Below, piece after piece: positions 43,896 through 52,771 of a DNA stretch of 64,000 nucleotides; position 1 is the first letter of the stretch; the number at the start of each line of letters is the position of its first letter. The notes beneath the pieces are model-generated. The model did no database searches. It was not told the origin of the DNA and worked only from the letters and a program-made list of their open reading frames with translations. Made by a program: the position numbers and the translations under genes. The DNA is from Magnetococcales bacterium (GTDB lineage Bacteria > Pseudomonadota > Magnetococcia > Magnetococcales > UBA8363): the NCBI GenBank assembly GCA_002753515.1, contig PEAK01000002.1, positions 65,696 to 129,695 of the forward strand. The letters run 5' to 3'.

Positions 43896-44996
43896 CCAGG
43901 GATTGCCGCACAAGTGGTTGAGCGCGGTTTGCCGGATGAACAAGGGGAGAGCTTGCAACAAACCGCCGATCCGGGTGGAAAAGCCGTTGCCTTGGAGTGA
44001 GACCAATTCTTTGGCGTATCCTGTGAAATCATGTCCCTTGGGATTTTTCAGGATGGCTGCGGCGGCGAGGGTACCGCTGATGCCGGCGGGGCCGATACCC
44101 TCCCCACTCCAATCGTGGGCGAGACCGGCGGCGTCCCCCACCAACAGGTGGCGTGGTCCCCCCAGATCGGGTCGTGTTCCGCGCCAGATGGCGTAGGAAT
44201 GACCGACAAATGGGGACAATGACCAGGAATCGGGGAGTATGGATTCCCGTTGCAGGCGCTGTAAAAAGCGCTGCCGGCGTTGAGGGATGGCTGGTCCAGA
44301 GCGGGTCAGGGCACCGACGCCAATGTTCAAGAAATCCCCCTTGGCGAAATACCAGGCATAGCCATCACACTCCGGTTCCGGGTACAGCACCGGCATCCCT
44401 GTTCCCAGTCTTGATTGTTGCAGCTTGGCGGCACCGATTGGGACTTCGCTCATTTGTGCGGCAACCGTGGTCCGGTGTTGCCAGGGGGAGCGCCCCGCCA
44501 CAGCCCTGGCTACGGGACAGTTGGAACCGCCCGCACCCACGACATGCACCGAAGAGATGCGCTGGCCTTTGATCAGGCAATGGACGCAATCGTGATCAAA
44601 GATGACGCGTTCGACCCGGTGATCTTCGAGGATTTCCGCTCCGGCGGTGCGGGCGCGTTCGAGCAAAAAGGCATCGAATTCGTGGCGCAGGATGCCATAA
44701 CTGACCGGCTCTGGCCATTGGGTGATCTGGAGACCCTCGGTGAGGCCAATGGCGACCCGGGTGATGGGGACGAGGAGATGGGGATAGGTAGCGGGGTCAA
44801 CCTCCAGGGCACACAGGGCATCCAGGGTGACCCAGCCGGCGCATGGCTTGAATCGCGGAAATGTTTTGGCATCCACGAGCAGGACATCGCGCCCTGCCCG
44901 GGCCAGTTTCCACGCAACCATGGCCCCCGCCGGTCCCCCGCCGATGATGACGGTTTGCCGTAGGGTTATTTTTTCAGAGTTGTCGTTCGAGGGCAT
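43848..44996 (-). CDS. FAD-dependent oxidoreductase, geranylgeranyl-reductase-like family
   Basis: VIIGGGPAGAMVAWKLARAGRDVLLVD dinucleotide-binding motif, LVGDAAGLAHDWSGEGI, 382 aa. Confidence 0.75.
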   Translation of the reverse strand: MPSNDNSEKITLRQTVIIGGGPAGAMVAWKLARAGRDVLLVDAKTFPRFKPCAGWVTLDALCALEVDPATYPHLLVPITRVAIGLTEGLQITQWPEPVSYGILRHEFDAFLLERARTAGAEILEDHRVERVIFDHDCVHCLIKGQRISSVHVVGAGGSNCPVARAVAGRSPWQHRTTVAAQMSEVPIGAAKLQQSRLGTGMPVLYPEPECDGYAWYFAKGDFLNIGVGALTRSGPAIPQRRQRFLQRLQRESILPDSWSLSPFVGHSYAIWRGTRPDLGGPRHLLVGDAAGLAHDWSGEGIGPAGISGTLAAAAILKNPKGHDFTGYAKELVSLQGNGFSTRIGGLLQALPLFIRQTALNHLCGNPWLRRRWVLEGAFLGRW

Positions 44997-45068
44997 TGGG
45001 TGTCTAACGTTCTATAATTCATTGTTATAGGTGGATATCTGAGTTTCAATAACGACCATGGACACTCA
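44992..45068. repeat. Direct repeat DR1 (77 bp) bounding the AT-rich insertion
   Basis: ggcattgggtgtctaacgttctataattcattgttataggtggatatctgagtttcaataacgaccatggacactca. It covers the start codon plus ~72 nt upstream of the oxidoreductase gene. Near-identical copy at 47357-47434. Confidence 0.85.
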
Positions 45069-45428
45069 CAGGTGAACATGGGGTGGTACATTAAGGGTGG
45101 CTACTGACAACGCTGGATGTCCATCTGATCATCCACAATTATGTTAGACCTCATTGGACCACCGGAGAGTGGTTCCTGCGGTTAAATTGGGCATCAATAA
45201 AGCACCTTTGCGCCTTGAGGACATCCTGACCATGAAAAAGGCTGCATAAAGGTAAGAATTTCGTTGGATAGGCTTGCCTCGTGACTGGGTTTGGAATGGT
45301 AGGCACCCAGTGCCGCAAACCTCACCTTGGCAGATCTCATGGAACCGTTTCCTATGGTGTGGAGAGAGCAGAGGGAGAAGTAGGGGGTTGCAGAAATTGA
45401 GAGTCGGAATTCCTCGCCAAAATTTGCT

Positions 45429-47177
45429 TCACCCAATTATACCGGGGATACGAGGCATAAGTATTCCAGAACTGAGTTTGACTATCGATGCCCTTACATC
45501 TAATAGCTCACGCCTTAAATGCCGAGTAGTACTCAAAGACGGATTCAACTGTAAGGCGCATGTAAAATCATCAATTGCCTTATCAAATTCATATATTTTT
45601 CTATATGCAACACCCCTTGAATGATATATTTGCGCATCGTTCTTGTTAATTTTCAGAGCTTTTGAATAAGAATCAATTGCAGTATTATAGTCACCACTCA
45701 TAAATAATACTGAACCTCTATTAAACCAGGCAACATTCTCATTTGGGTGCAAGACGACGGCACGATCAAGATACTCACGAGCTATAGTGTAATCTCCACG
45801 TATTGCCAATATTACACCAATATTAACAATTGCGCCAAGATGACATGGCTCCTTTTCTAGAATTTTATTGAACAAATCCATGGCTTTATCATTATTGCCA
45901 TAATCACAGTATAGTACGGCTAGATCGAAAAGTGTATTGATTCCTATCTGGTCATTGCCTCGTATTTCAATTGTTCGTATTTGATCAGCAATATTTAGCA
46001 GTTGCAACGAATGTTCTGCTGGGCTGTACTCAGGGTCAAAGTAAAGTGACTTTTTATAAGCAGCAACCGCTTCATCGATTAGATTGCAATATTCATATGA
46101 AATGCCTAGTTTATGGTGAGCATATGCACTCATTGGACGCAGCTCTACTAATTTGCTGAAGGCTTCTAAGGCCTCCTGAAAACGTCCCAATCCAAGCAAA
46201 ATTTGCCCTCGATGGTCATGAGCATCGTAATACCATGCATTTAATTTGATAGAAGAATCACATTCTTTAAGCGCATTATCAAGATTACCTTTGGCGGCAA
46301 GGCAAAGTGCTAGTGCAAGGTGCCCGCTAGGATCTGTTGGATCAATCTCAATCCCTTTATTTGCCCAAAATAAAGCATTGTCGATATCTTGAAGACGTCT
46401 ATAAGTATGTGCAATTCCCCAATGCGCAGTAGGAATCGACGGGTTGAGTTGAAGTGACGCATTATATGTATCTAAGGCAGCTTGGAAATCGCCACGCATA
46501 TGTTCAATATTGCCTTTTATACAGAGAACATGTGAATCATTTGGAGTGGCAAGCAAATAACGGTTAACAATAGAATATCTTTCTGAGAGATTAAAAGAGT
46601 CAGATTTCGCAAACAGTTTAAAAAAAAGTTCAATTTTTTCAGAGTCGTTTCGATTTATAATAAACTTACATGCTTCTAGAATAGCACTCTTGGCTGTGTC
46701 AGTATTGGTAATTTTTGTTAAAACGTGGCTTTTTGGAATCTTCAATCTATTATCTTTAATATTATTACTGTTTACAATTTCCCAGTATGCTTCGCATGTA
46801 TCAGGATTGTATAGTACTATCATTATAGGTATCGGAAAAGTCAGCCAGTAATCAAAATGCACTTTATTATTCTTAAATGTTATACTACTATCGTTCTGAA
46901 TTCTAAAATAATATTGTCCGCACTTTATTTGTATGCCAATAACGATAGATCGTCCACCTACTGACACCTTGCTCTCAATAATGGCGTCAATTCCAACATC
47001 CCTTGACGTAATAGGATGGTATAGCCAATTTAGCCTAGTGAAAATGCCCGCAACCTCATGCTCTCCAACTTCACCCGTTTGGTTCGACTTTTTATTATTA
47101 TCATAATTCGTCATTAAATTTTTTTCCAATGTGTTATACTGAGTTGCAATCATAGAAATATTAACGTAAGCTATCAC
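45429..47177 (-). CDS. DUF4365-like (PD-(D/E)XK-fold) N-terminal domain fused to a long TPR array
   Basis: N-terminus GEVGEHEVAGIFTRLNWLYHPITSRDVGIDAIIESKV...GIQIKCG resembles DUF4365. The remaining ~400 aa hold at least 8 TPR-like units (e.g. AHWGIAHTYRRLQDIDNALFWANKGIEIDP, AWFNRGSVLFMSGDYNTAIDSYSKALKINK). Strongly AT-rich. Start uncertain (GTG 47177, ATG 47153 or 47114). Confidence 0.6.
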   Translation of the reverse strand: MIAYVNISMIATQYNTLEKNLMTNYDNNKKSNQTGEVGEHEVAGIFTRLNWLYHPITSRDVGIDAIIESKVSVGGRSIVIGIQIKCGQYYFRIQNDSSITFKNNKVHFDYWLTFPIPIMIVLYNPDTCEAYWEIVNSNNIKDNRLKIPKSHVLTKITNTDTAKSAILEACKFIINRNDSEKIELFFKLFAKSDSFNLSERYSIVNRYLLATPNDSHVLCIKGNIEHMRGDFQAALDTYNASLQLNPSIPTAHWGIAHTYRRLQDIDNALFWANKGIEIDPTDPSGHLALALCLAAKGNLDNALKECDSSIKLNAWYYDAHDHRGQILLGLGRFQEALEAFSKLVELRPMSAYAHHKLGISYEYCNLIDEAVAAYKKSLYFDPEYSPAEHSLQLLNIADQIRTIEIRGNDQIGINTLFDLAVLYCDYGNNDKAMDLFNKILEKEPCHLGAIVNIGVILAIRGDYTIAREYLDRAVVLHPNENVAWFNRGSVLFMSGDYNTAIDSYSKALKINKNDAQIYHSRGVAYRKIYEFDKAIDDFTCALQLNPSLSTTRHLRRELLDVRASIVKLSSGILMPRIPGIIG

Positions 47178-47312
47178 GAAACTCGTAGTTTCTCATCGTC
47201 ATCCCCGCGAAAGCGGGGATCCAGAAAGTCAGGAAATAGTGGGAAGCTCCTCTGGATCCCCGCTTTCGCGGGGATGACAAAATCTACGAATCCCAAGATA
47301 GCTGTGGTTTAG
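47178..47312. repeat. MITE/REP-like nested palindromic element (inverted relative to the 25228 copy, one end truncated)
   Basis: Core inverted repeat gtcatccccgcgaaagcggggatccag (47198-47224) / ctggatccccgctttcgcggggatgac (47252-47278). The outer arm cccaagatagctgtggtttag matches the other copies. Confidence 0.8.
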
Positions 47313-47356
47313 TATCTTTTTGATTGCAACTTAGTATTAATCGTCTTCTATTTGGC

Positions 47357-47434
47357 TGGCATTGGGTGTCTAACATTCTATAATTCATTGCTATAGGTGG
47401 CCATATGAGTTTCAATAACGACTATGGACACTCA
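47357..47434. repeat. Direct repeat DR2 (78 bp) bounding the AT-rich insertion
   Basis: ggcattgggtgtctaacattctataattcattgctataggtggccatatgagtttcaataacgactatggacactca, with a few substitutions relative to DR1. Confidence 0.85.
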
Positions 47435-47615
47435 AAATTGCCAAATTTGTCCCACATGTTGATCTTCGGATGTGGTTGTTTTCAAACTCTATGTCACGGT
47501 ACACAATGGTGACCGAAGACTGCACCATGGCCTTTGCCAGTTCAATTCGTTCCTGTCTCTGGCCAAGAAATACACCAAACAGTTCCGGTGATTCTGCCAA
47601 AGAAATAACTAATGT

Positions 47616-48512
47616 TTAAAGCCTGATCGTGCATTCCACCTCATTGCCGGAACCCAAGAACCGAACCTGGTCAAAACTGGCTTTGACGGCAATGGCGATG
47701 CCCCTGCCGTGCGTATCCAGCATCCGTTCGGGGTTGAAATCCAGGTACGGTTCGCTATCAAACCCAGTGCCGTCATCGCGAATACGGAAGTTTATTTCAT
47801 CTTCTTTGCGCGTGAAAAGAACCACCACATGCTTCTCCTGGTTCTCCGGCAATGCCATGCGCCGCTTAATTTCATTTTCAAGTTCATTTTTTCTATTGAA
47901 AATACCTTTTTCCTCATAGGTGATACCGAGATTGCCATGCTCCACGGCATTGATCAATATTTCTCGCAAACCGACCGCTGCTTTTTCTGGATTGGGACAG
48001 GTCAAGGATAACAATACCGACAATTGAAAGGCTTCGGACATGGTTTGGATGCGAAACCGAGCCTCTTCCATATGCATGGAGAGTGGACAACGGGTGACCT
48101 GGATTTGTCCATATAAGCATTGGTGGGCTGTTTTCCGGTTGATGGCGGCCTGGACAATGGCTAATAAAATATTGATATCCAAAGGTTTTGTAAGATAATA
48201 GAAAGCGCCGAGTGACAATCCCCTGGCAATGTCTTCGCTATTTTTGCGACTGGTGGTGAAAATGATGGGTATCCTTCGGGTAGTTTTTATGGCATGCAAT
48301 TGTTCGCATACTTCAAAACCGTTCATTCCCGGCATTTCCACATCCAGCAGGATGGTATCGACATCTTCGGTTTGCGCCGTTTGCAGGGCATCTTCACCGT
48401 TGGTAGCGACGAGGACCCGATAATCCTGGCTCAAGGCTTTTGCCAATACTTTGATATTGCCAGGGATATCATCAACGACCAATACCTTGTGTCGCTTTTC
48501 GTTTTCGGTCAT
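47616..48512 (-). CDS. Response-regulator receiver fused to an RsbW/SpoIIAB-type HATPase domain (no DHp/HisKA)
   Basis: REC: [14 protein letters not shown]...[15 protein letters not shown]...YLTKP. C-terminus: [13 protein letters not shown]...[11 protein letters not shown]...[12 protein letters not shown] overlap with the upstream kinase gene. Confidence 0.75.
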   Translation of the reverse strand: MTENEKRHKVLVVDDIPGNIKVLAKALSQDYRVLVATNGEDALQTAQTEDVDTILLDVEMPGMNGFEVCEQLHAIKTTRRIPIIFTTSRKNSEDIARGLSLGAFYYLTKPLDINILLAIVQAAINRKTAHQCLYGQIQVTRCPLSMHMEEARFRIQTMSEAFQLSVLLSLTCPNPEKAAVGLREILINAVEHGNLGITYEEKGIFNRKNELENEIKRRMALPENQEKHVVVLFTRKEDEINFRIRDDGTGFDSEPYLDFNPERMLDTHGRGIAIAVKASFDQVRFLGSGNEVECTIRL

Positions 48513-51361
48513 TTCTTGCCACTTTCCTTATGCAATTTGAGCTGTTTTGTGATGGTTTCGAGGAAAACGAGCGCACCATTGAAATCGACTCTTTCTAGTT
48601 TTTCCGCCAAGGCATCTGTATTTTTCAACAATTCGTCATCGCCGCAAGCCACGAGGTGTGGTCGGAGTTCTTCAAACACTTCCAATGATTCAAAATAATG
48701 CCCTTCGATCAACCGCCCCAGTTCGCGCACCAAGGGCAGAACCTCAGATAAATTCAAAGGGGCTTTTTCAGGGGGCGGTAGGGTTGCGGCAAATTGTTCA
48801 TCCGCTTGTTTCAAAGCTCCGATGGCGTGTATCACTTCGTTCAAGGCTTCTTCAAAATGGATCAATAATTCTCCGTTAAAGTGGATATTTTCCCGTAGTC
48901 CCTGCTCCAAAAGGGAGGAGGCTTCAAACAGGCGTGTTGCTGACATATTGCCCGCTATCCCGCGCACACTATGGGCCAGTTGTGCGGAAGTCTTGATATC
49001 GTCTTTTCTTTTTCCCGCCAAGGTCATACGAATTTCCCGGGCGACATGGGCGTAATCACGGTGGAATTCGTAGAGCAGGGAGCGCAGTAACCGGCGGTCA
49101 CCGTTCAGACGTTCCAGGCAATTGGCCAGATCGATGCCAGCGAGAAGTGTCGGCAAAGGTGGTCCCTCATCCTGAGCTTTCTTTCCCGCAGGCACTTGTA
49201 ACGTGATTCCCAGTCCCTCCCGCTTGCGGATCCACTGGCATAGTTTGTCGTAAAAGATTGTTTTTTCCACGGGCTTGGCAACATGGTCATTCATCCCGGC
49301 ATTCAGGCATTTTTCCCGGTCACCCGCCATGGAGTGGGCTGTCATGGCGATGATTGGTAATTCCAATAATCCCAGTTTGTTGCGAATCTGTTGCGCCGCT
49401 TCAAAACCGTCCATTCTGGGCATTTGGACATCCATGAGTACCAGATCCAATTCAACGCCCAACTCCTGGACCCTTTGCACAGCCTCCATGCCATCCCACG
49501 CTGTTTCTACGAGTATTCCGACGGATTCCAGAAATCCTTCCGCCACTTGCCGATTGATGGCATTGTCCTCCACGAGAAGTATCCTGGCCCCGCCGATGCG
49601 CTTGGCGATTGCCGCCAGATCGGAAAAATCGTCCGATTGTCGGCAGGCTTTGGCAACCGATCGGCCAAATACATTCATGATGGCGTCGAACAACAAGGAG
49701 CAATTGACCGGTTTGGATATCACTCCATCGACTTCGAACACATCCAACTGATCCTTGATCTCCTCCTCACGACCATAAGGGACCATGAGCAAGAATTTGG
49801 GAGGCGCTTTATTTGTTTCCGTGGCCTTGATGTGCATGGCGGCATCCAGACCATTCATCCCGGGCATCACCCAATCCACCAGGATTAACTGGTAGGGATT
49901 TCCCTGTTCTTTGGCTTGAGCCACCATGGTTTGGGCGACCTCTCCCGAGATGGCACCACTGGCTGTGAAGCCGAACATGGTCAAGGTATTGATGAAAGCC
50001 CGGCGTGCCGTATCGTTATCATCCACGACCAACACCCGCAGGAGCTGCATGTCATCGGGTGTGATCATATCGACCATTTCAGTGCCAAGGCGGCGTTGCA
50101 AAAGGGCGGTGAAATGGAACACGCTGCCCTGTCCCGGTTTGGACGCCACCCAGATCTTGCCCCCCATCATTTCGACCAATTTGAGGCAGATTGACAAACC
50201 CAATCCGGTACCGCCAAATTTGCGCGTGGTGGAGCTGTCGGCTTGGGAGAAAGGTTGGAACAACCTGGCGATTTGCTCGTCGTCCATGCCGATTCCGGTA
50301 TCGCGAATGATGAATTCCAACTCGCAATCGTTCGCCGATTCCCTGAGGGTTTTGACCTGGATTTCAATTTCCCCCTTTCGGGTAAATTTCAAGGCATTGC
50401 TGACAAAGTTCATCAATACCTGTTCCAGGCGCAGGGGATCGCCGAACAATTCATAACGGCATTCATCCGACATGCACATCACCAATTCCAGTTGTTTTTC
50501 GGTGACTTGTGCCTGAAACATGTCGGATAGGTGATCGAAGATATCCCTGACCAGGAAGTGCGACATCTCCAGTTCCAATTTGCCCGCCTCAATCTTGGAA
50601 AAGTCGAGGATATCATTGATAATACGCAAGAGTGATCGGGAGGAATTGGTAATTTTGGTTAAATAGTCGCGCAGGCGCGGCGACATGTCGGTCTGCATCG
50701 CCAGGTTGGAAAAACCGATGATGGCATTCATGGGGGTGCGGATTTCATGGCTCATGTTGGCCAAGAACTGCCCTTTGGCCCGGTTGGCCACTTCTTCATC
50801 CGCTTTGGCTTTTTCCAGTTCGATGAGGTATTGGCGTGTGGTCTCCTCGGCCCGGATCCGCTTGGTGATTTCAATTTCCAGATCCCGGTTGATACTCCTG
50901 AGTTCCAATTCCATTTTTTTGCGTCGGGCCGTTTCCTCTTCCAGGACTTGGACGTAGCGTTCCTGTTCCAGGTGCTTTTGATGCAATTTTAAAAATATTT
51001 TAACCTTTGAAAGCAAAACGGCATTGTTGACGGGCTTTTGGATGAAATCTACCGCTCCCAGTTGATATCCCATGATCCGCTTGTCTTCATCGGAGTGGGC
51101 CGCCGTTACGAAAATGATGGGTAAATCTTTCGTCCGTTCCGCACCATACAAGGCTTCCGCCACTTCAAAACCGTTCATCTCCGGCATGTTGACATCGAGC
51201 AGAATCATGGCGAACTCATGATCCATGCACAACGTCAACACTTCAATTCCCGAAGTCGCTTCGATGATGTCGGTATCCAGGCGTTCCAGGATTCTCCGCA
51301 TGGCAACCAAGTTGGCGGGGAGGTCATCGACGATCAGTATCTTTGGCCGCATATCACTCAT
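48509..51361 (-). CDS. Hybrid histidine kinase: REC - coiled coil - HisKA - HATPase - REC-like - REC - Hpt - C-terminal helical tail
   Basis: [12 protein letters not shown]...[13 protein letters not shown]; [18 protein letters not shown]; DTGIGM...GGTGLGLSI; [12 protein letters not shown]...[11 protein letters not shown]; [12 protein letters not shown]...[10 protein letters not shown]; Hpt [11 protein letters not shown]. Confidence 0.85.
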   Translation of the reverse strand: MSDMRPKILIVDDLPANLVAMRRILERLDTDIIEATSGIEVLTLCMDHEFAMILLDVNMPEMNGFEVAEALYGAERTKDLPIIFVTAAHSDEDKRIMGYQLGAVDFIQKPVNNAVLLSKVKIFLKLHQKHLEQERYVQVLEEETARRKKMELELRSINRDLEIEITKRIRAEETTRQYLIELEKAKADEEVANRAKGQFLANMSHEIRTPMNAIIGFSNLAMQTDMSPRLRDYLTKITNSSRSLLRIINDILDFSKIEAGKLELEMSHFLVRDIFDHLSDMFQAQVTEKQLELVMCMSDECRYELFGDPLRLEQVLMNFVSNALKFTRKGEIEIQVKTLRESANDCELEFIIRDTGIGMDDEQIARLFQPFSQADSSTTRKFGGTGLGLSICLKLVEMMGGKIWVASKPGQGSVFHFTALLQRRLGTEMVDMITPDDMQLLRVLVVDDNDTARRAFINTLTMFGFTASGAISGEVAQTMVAQAKEQGNPYQLILVDWVMPGMNGLDAAMHIKATETNKAPPKFLLMVPYGREEEIKDQLDVFEVDGVISKPVNCSLLFDAIMNVFGRSVAKACRQSDDFSDLAAIAKRIGGARILLVEDNAINRQVAEGFLESVGILVETAWDGMEAVQRVQELGVELDLVLMDVQMPRMDGFEAAQQIRNKLGLLELPIIAMTAHSMAGDREKCLNAGMNDHVAKPVEKTIFYDKLCQWIRKREGLGITLQVPAGKKAQDEGPPLPTLLAGIDLANCLERLNGDRRLLRSLLYEFHRDYAHVAREIRMTLAGKRKDDIKTSAQLAHSVRGIAGNMSATRLFEASSLLEQGLRENIHFNGELLIHFEEALNEVIHAIGALKQADEQFAATLPPPEKAPLNLSEVLPLVRELGRLIEGHYFESLEVFEELRPHLVACGDDELLKNTDALAEKLERVDFNGALVFLETITKQLKLHKESGKK

Positions 51362-51941
51362 GCTGGAAATTTCCCAATTGCTTCAAGGTGCGTGCAATGG
51401 CATTCAAAGGAAGTACTTGATCTGCCGCTCCATGGGCGATGGCACATCGGGGCATGAACGGGGCTTCGGCGTCTTGGGGGTCTTGAACCAGTGTCTTTCC
51501 GCCGCGTTGCCGAATTTTTTGCAATCCTGCCGTCCCATCCCGACTGGCACCGGTCAATAATACCCCTATAAGACCCGTCTGGTAAACATCGGACGCCGTT
51601 TCAAACAAAACATCGATTGCCGGACGGGAATGGTGTACGGCGGCATCGATGGAGAGAGCGAGGGTGAAATCGGGTTCCACCAGGAGGTGATAGCCCGGGG
51701 GGGCGAAGAGGATGTGACCCGATTGGACGGGTTCCTTGTCCATGGCTTCACGTACCGGCAGACGGCAATGCAGGGCCAATAAAGAGCAACCTCGGGGGCC
51801 TGAACCTTGGGCTGGCTGGTGCTGGACCACCAGTATGGGAACCGGGAATCCTTCGGGAAATACCGGGAAAAGGGTACGCAATGCCAGGAATCCCCCTGCC
51901 GATGCGCCGATGACAATAGCCCGGGGTCGGGGGATGGTCAT
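51354..51941 (-). CDS. cheB: CheB-type protein-glutamate methylesterase, catalytic domain only (no receiver domain)
   Basis: 195 aa. [10 protein letters not shown] (Ser nucleophile context), ILVVQHQ (His) and LLTGASRDG (Asp). No N-terminal REC. ATGA overlap with cheR and an 8-nt overlap with the downstream kinase. Confidence 0.8.
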   Translation of the reverse strand: MTIPRPRAIVIGASAGGFLALRTLFPVFPEGFPVPILVVQHQPAQGSGPRGCSLLALHCRLPVREAMDKEPVQSGHILFAPPGYHLLVEPDFTLALSIDAAVHHSRPAIDVLFETASDVYQTGLIGVLLTGASRDGTAGLQKIRQRGGKTLVQDPQDAEAPFMPRCAIAHGAADQVLPLNAIARTLKQLGNFQHE

Positions 51942-52771
51942 GCCCCCACCTTTTTTTGGTAAATGCGCTGTTCCCTGGAAATCGGGGTGAAACGGTGTTC
52001 CACAGCGGTGAAAGACAAGGATTCATGGCTCCCCAGGCACAAAACACCCCCGGAAACCAAACTTTTCTCAAAAAGGTGCAGGACTCGATTGGTTAATTCC
52101 TTGTTGAAATAGATCATGACATTCCGGCAAAAAATCAAATGGGTCTCGGAAAAAACATGATCAGTGGCCAAATTGTGTGCGGCAAAGACGATATTTTCCT
52201 TCAACCCGGAGGGTATGCGTGCCAAATCGTATTTGGAATGATAATAATCAGCCAAAGAGTGTTGACCTCCGCCATTCAGGTAGCTTTGTGATGATTCCAG
52301 CATGCTGCTCAGGTTATAAATACCTTCCTTGGCGTGCTGCAAAGATTGACCGTTGATATCGGTGGCAAAAATGCGAACCCGCTCGTACAATCCCTCTTCG
52401 CTGAGCAGAATGGCCAGGGAATAGACCTCTTCTCCCGTTGCACAACCGGCATGCCAGATGGTGATGAAGGGATAGGTTGCCAGCAAGGGTATCACCTGTT
52501 TGCGCAATGCCAGATAAAACAGGGGATCGCGAAAAAATTCGGTTACGGTCACCGATAAGGCTGTGACGAGGCGGTCCAAAAATTGGCGATCATGAATGAC
52601 TTTGGGGATGGCTGCGGAAAGAGGGGAGATACCGCATTCCGCCAAACATTGAAGCATGCGACGCTTCAAGGAGGAGTGGGCATATTGACGAAAATCATAA
52701 CCATAGCGTAGATATATGGTTTCCAACAGGAGACGCATCTCTAAATTTTCAATCTCAGCTTCCGAATCCAT
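51938..52771 (-). CDS. cheR: CheR-type protein-glutamate O-methyltransferase
   Basis: N-terminal helical domain (LLLETIYLRYGYDFRQYA...SLKRR), TEFFRDPLFY, and the SAM-binding IWHAGCATGEEVYSLAILL...RIFATDIN. ATG at 52771 overlaps the upstream gene by 17 nt. Confidence 0.85.
   Translation of the reverse strand: MDSEAEIENLEMRLLLETIYLRYGYDFRQYAHSSLKRRMLQCLAECGISPLSAAIPKVIHDRQFLDRLVTALSVTVTEFFRDPLFYLALRKQVIPLLATYPFITIWHAGCATGEEVYSLAILLSEEGLYERVRIFATDINGQSLQHAKEGIYNLSSMLESSQSYLNGGGQHSLADYYHSKYDLARIPSGLKENIVFAAHNLATDHVFSETHLIFCRNVMIYFNKELTNRVLHLFEKSLVSGGVLCLGSHESLSFTAVEHRFTPISREQRIYQKKVGA

Noticed and set aside
43848-44996. Assigning the FAD oxidoreductase a specific role (bacteriochlorophyll, menaquinone or lipid geranylgeranyl reductase)
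   Set aside because: Only the generic GxGxxG FAD-binding and family-level motifs are visible. The neighbours give no pathway context.
45069-45436. 80-aa ORF (45194-45436, minus) in the island, and a 62-aa ORF (47412-47600, minus) running into DR2, as possible cargo or toxin-antitoxin genes
   Set aside because: No convincing RBS is present (the 62-aa ORF needs a TTG start with no Shine-Dalgarno sequence). They have no recognisable motifs, and the 62-aa ORF terminates inside the direct repeat. They may be remnants, so I left them uncalled.
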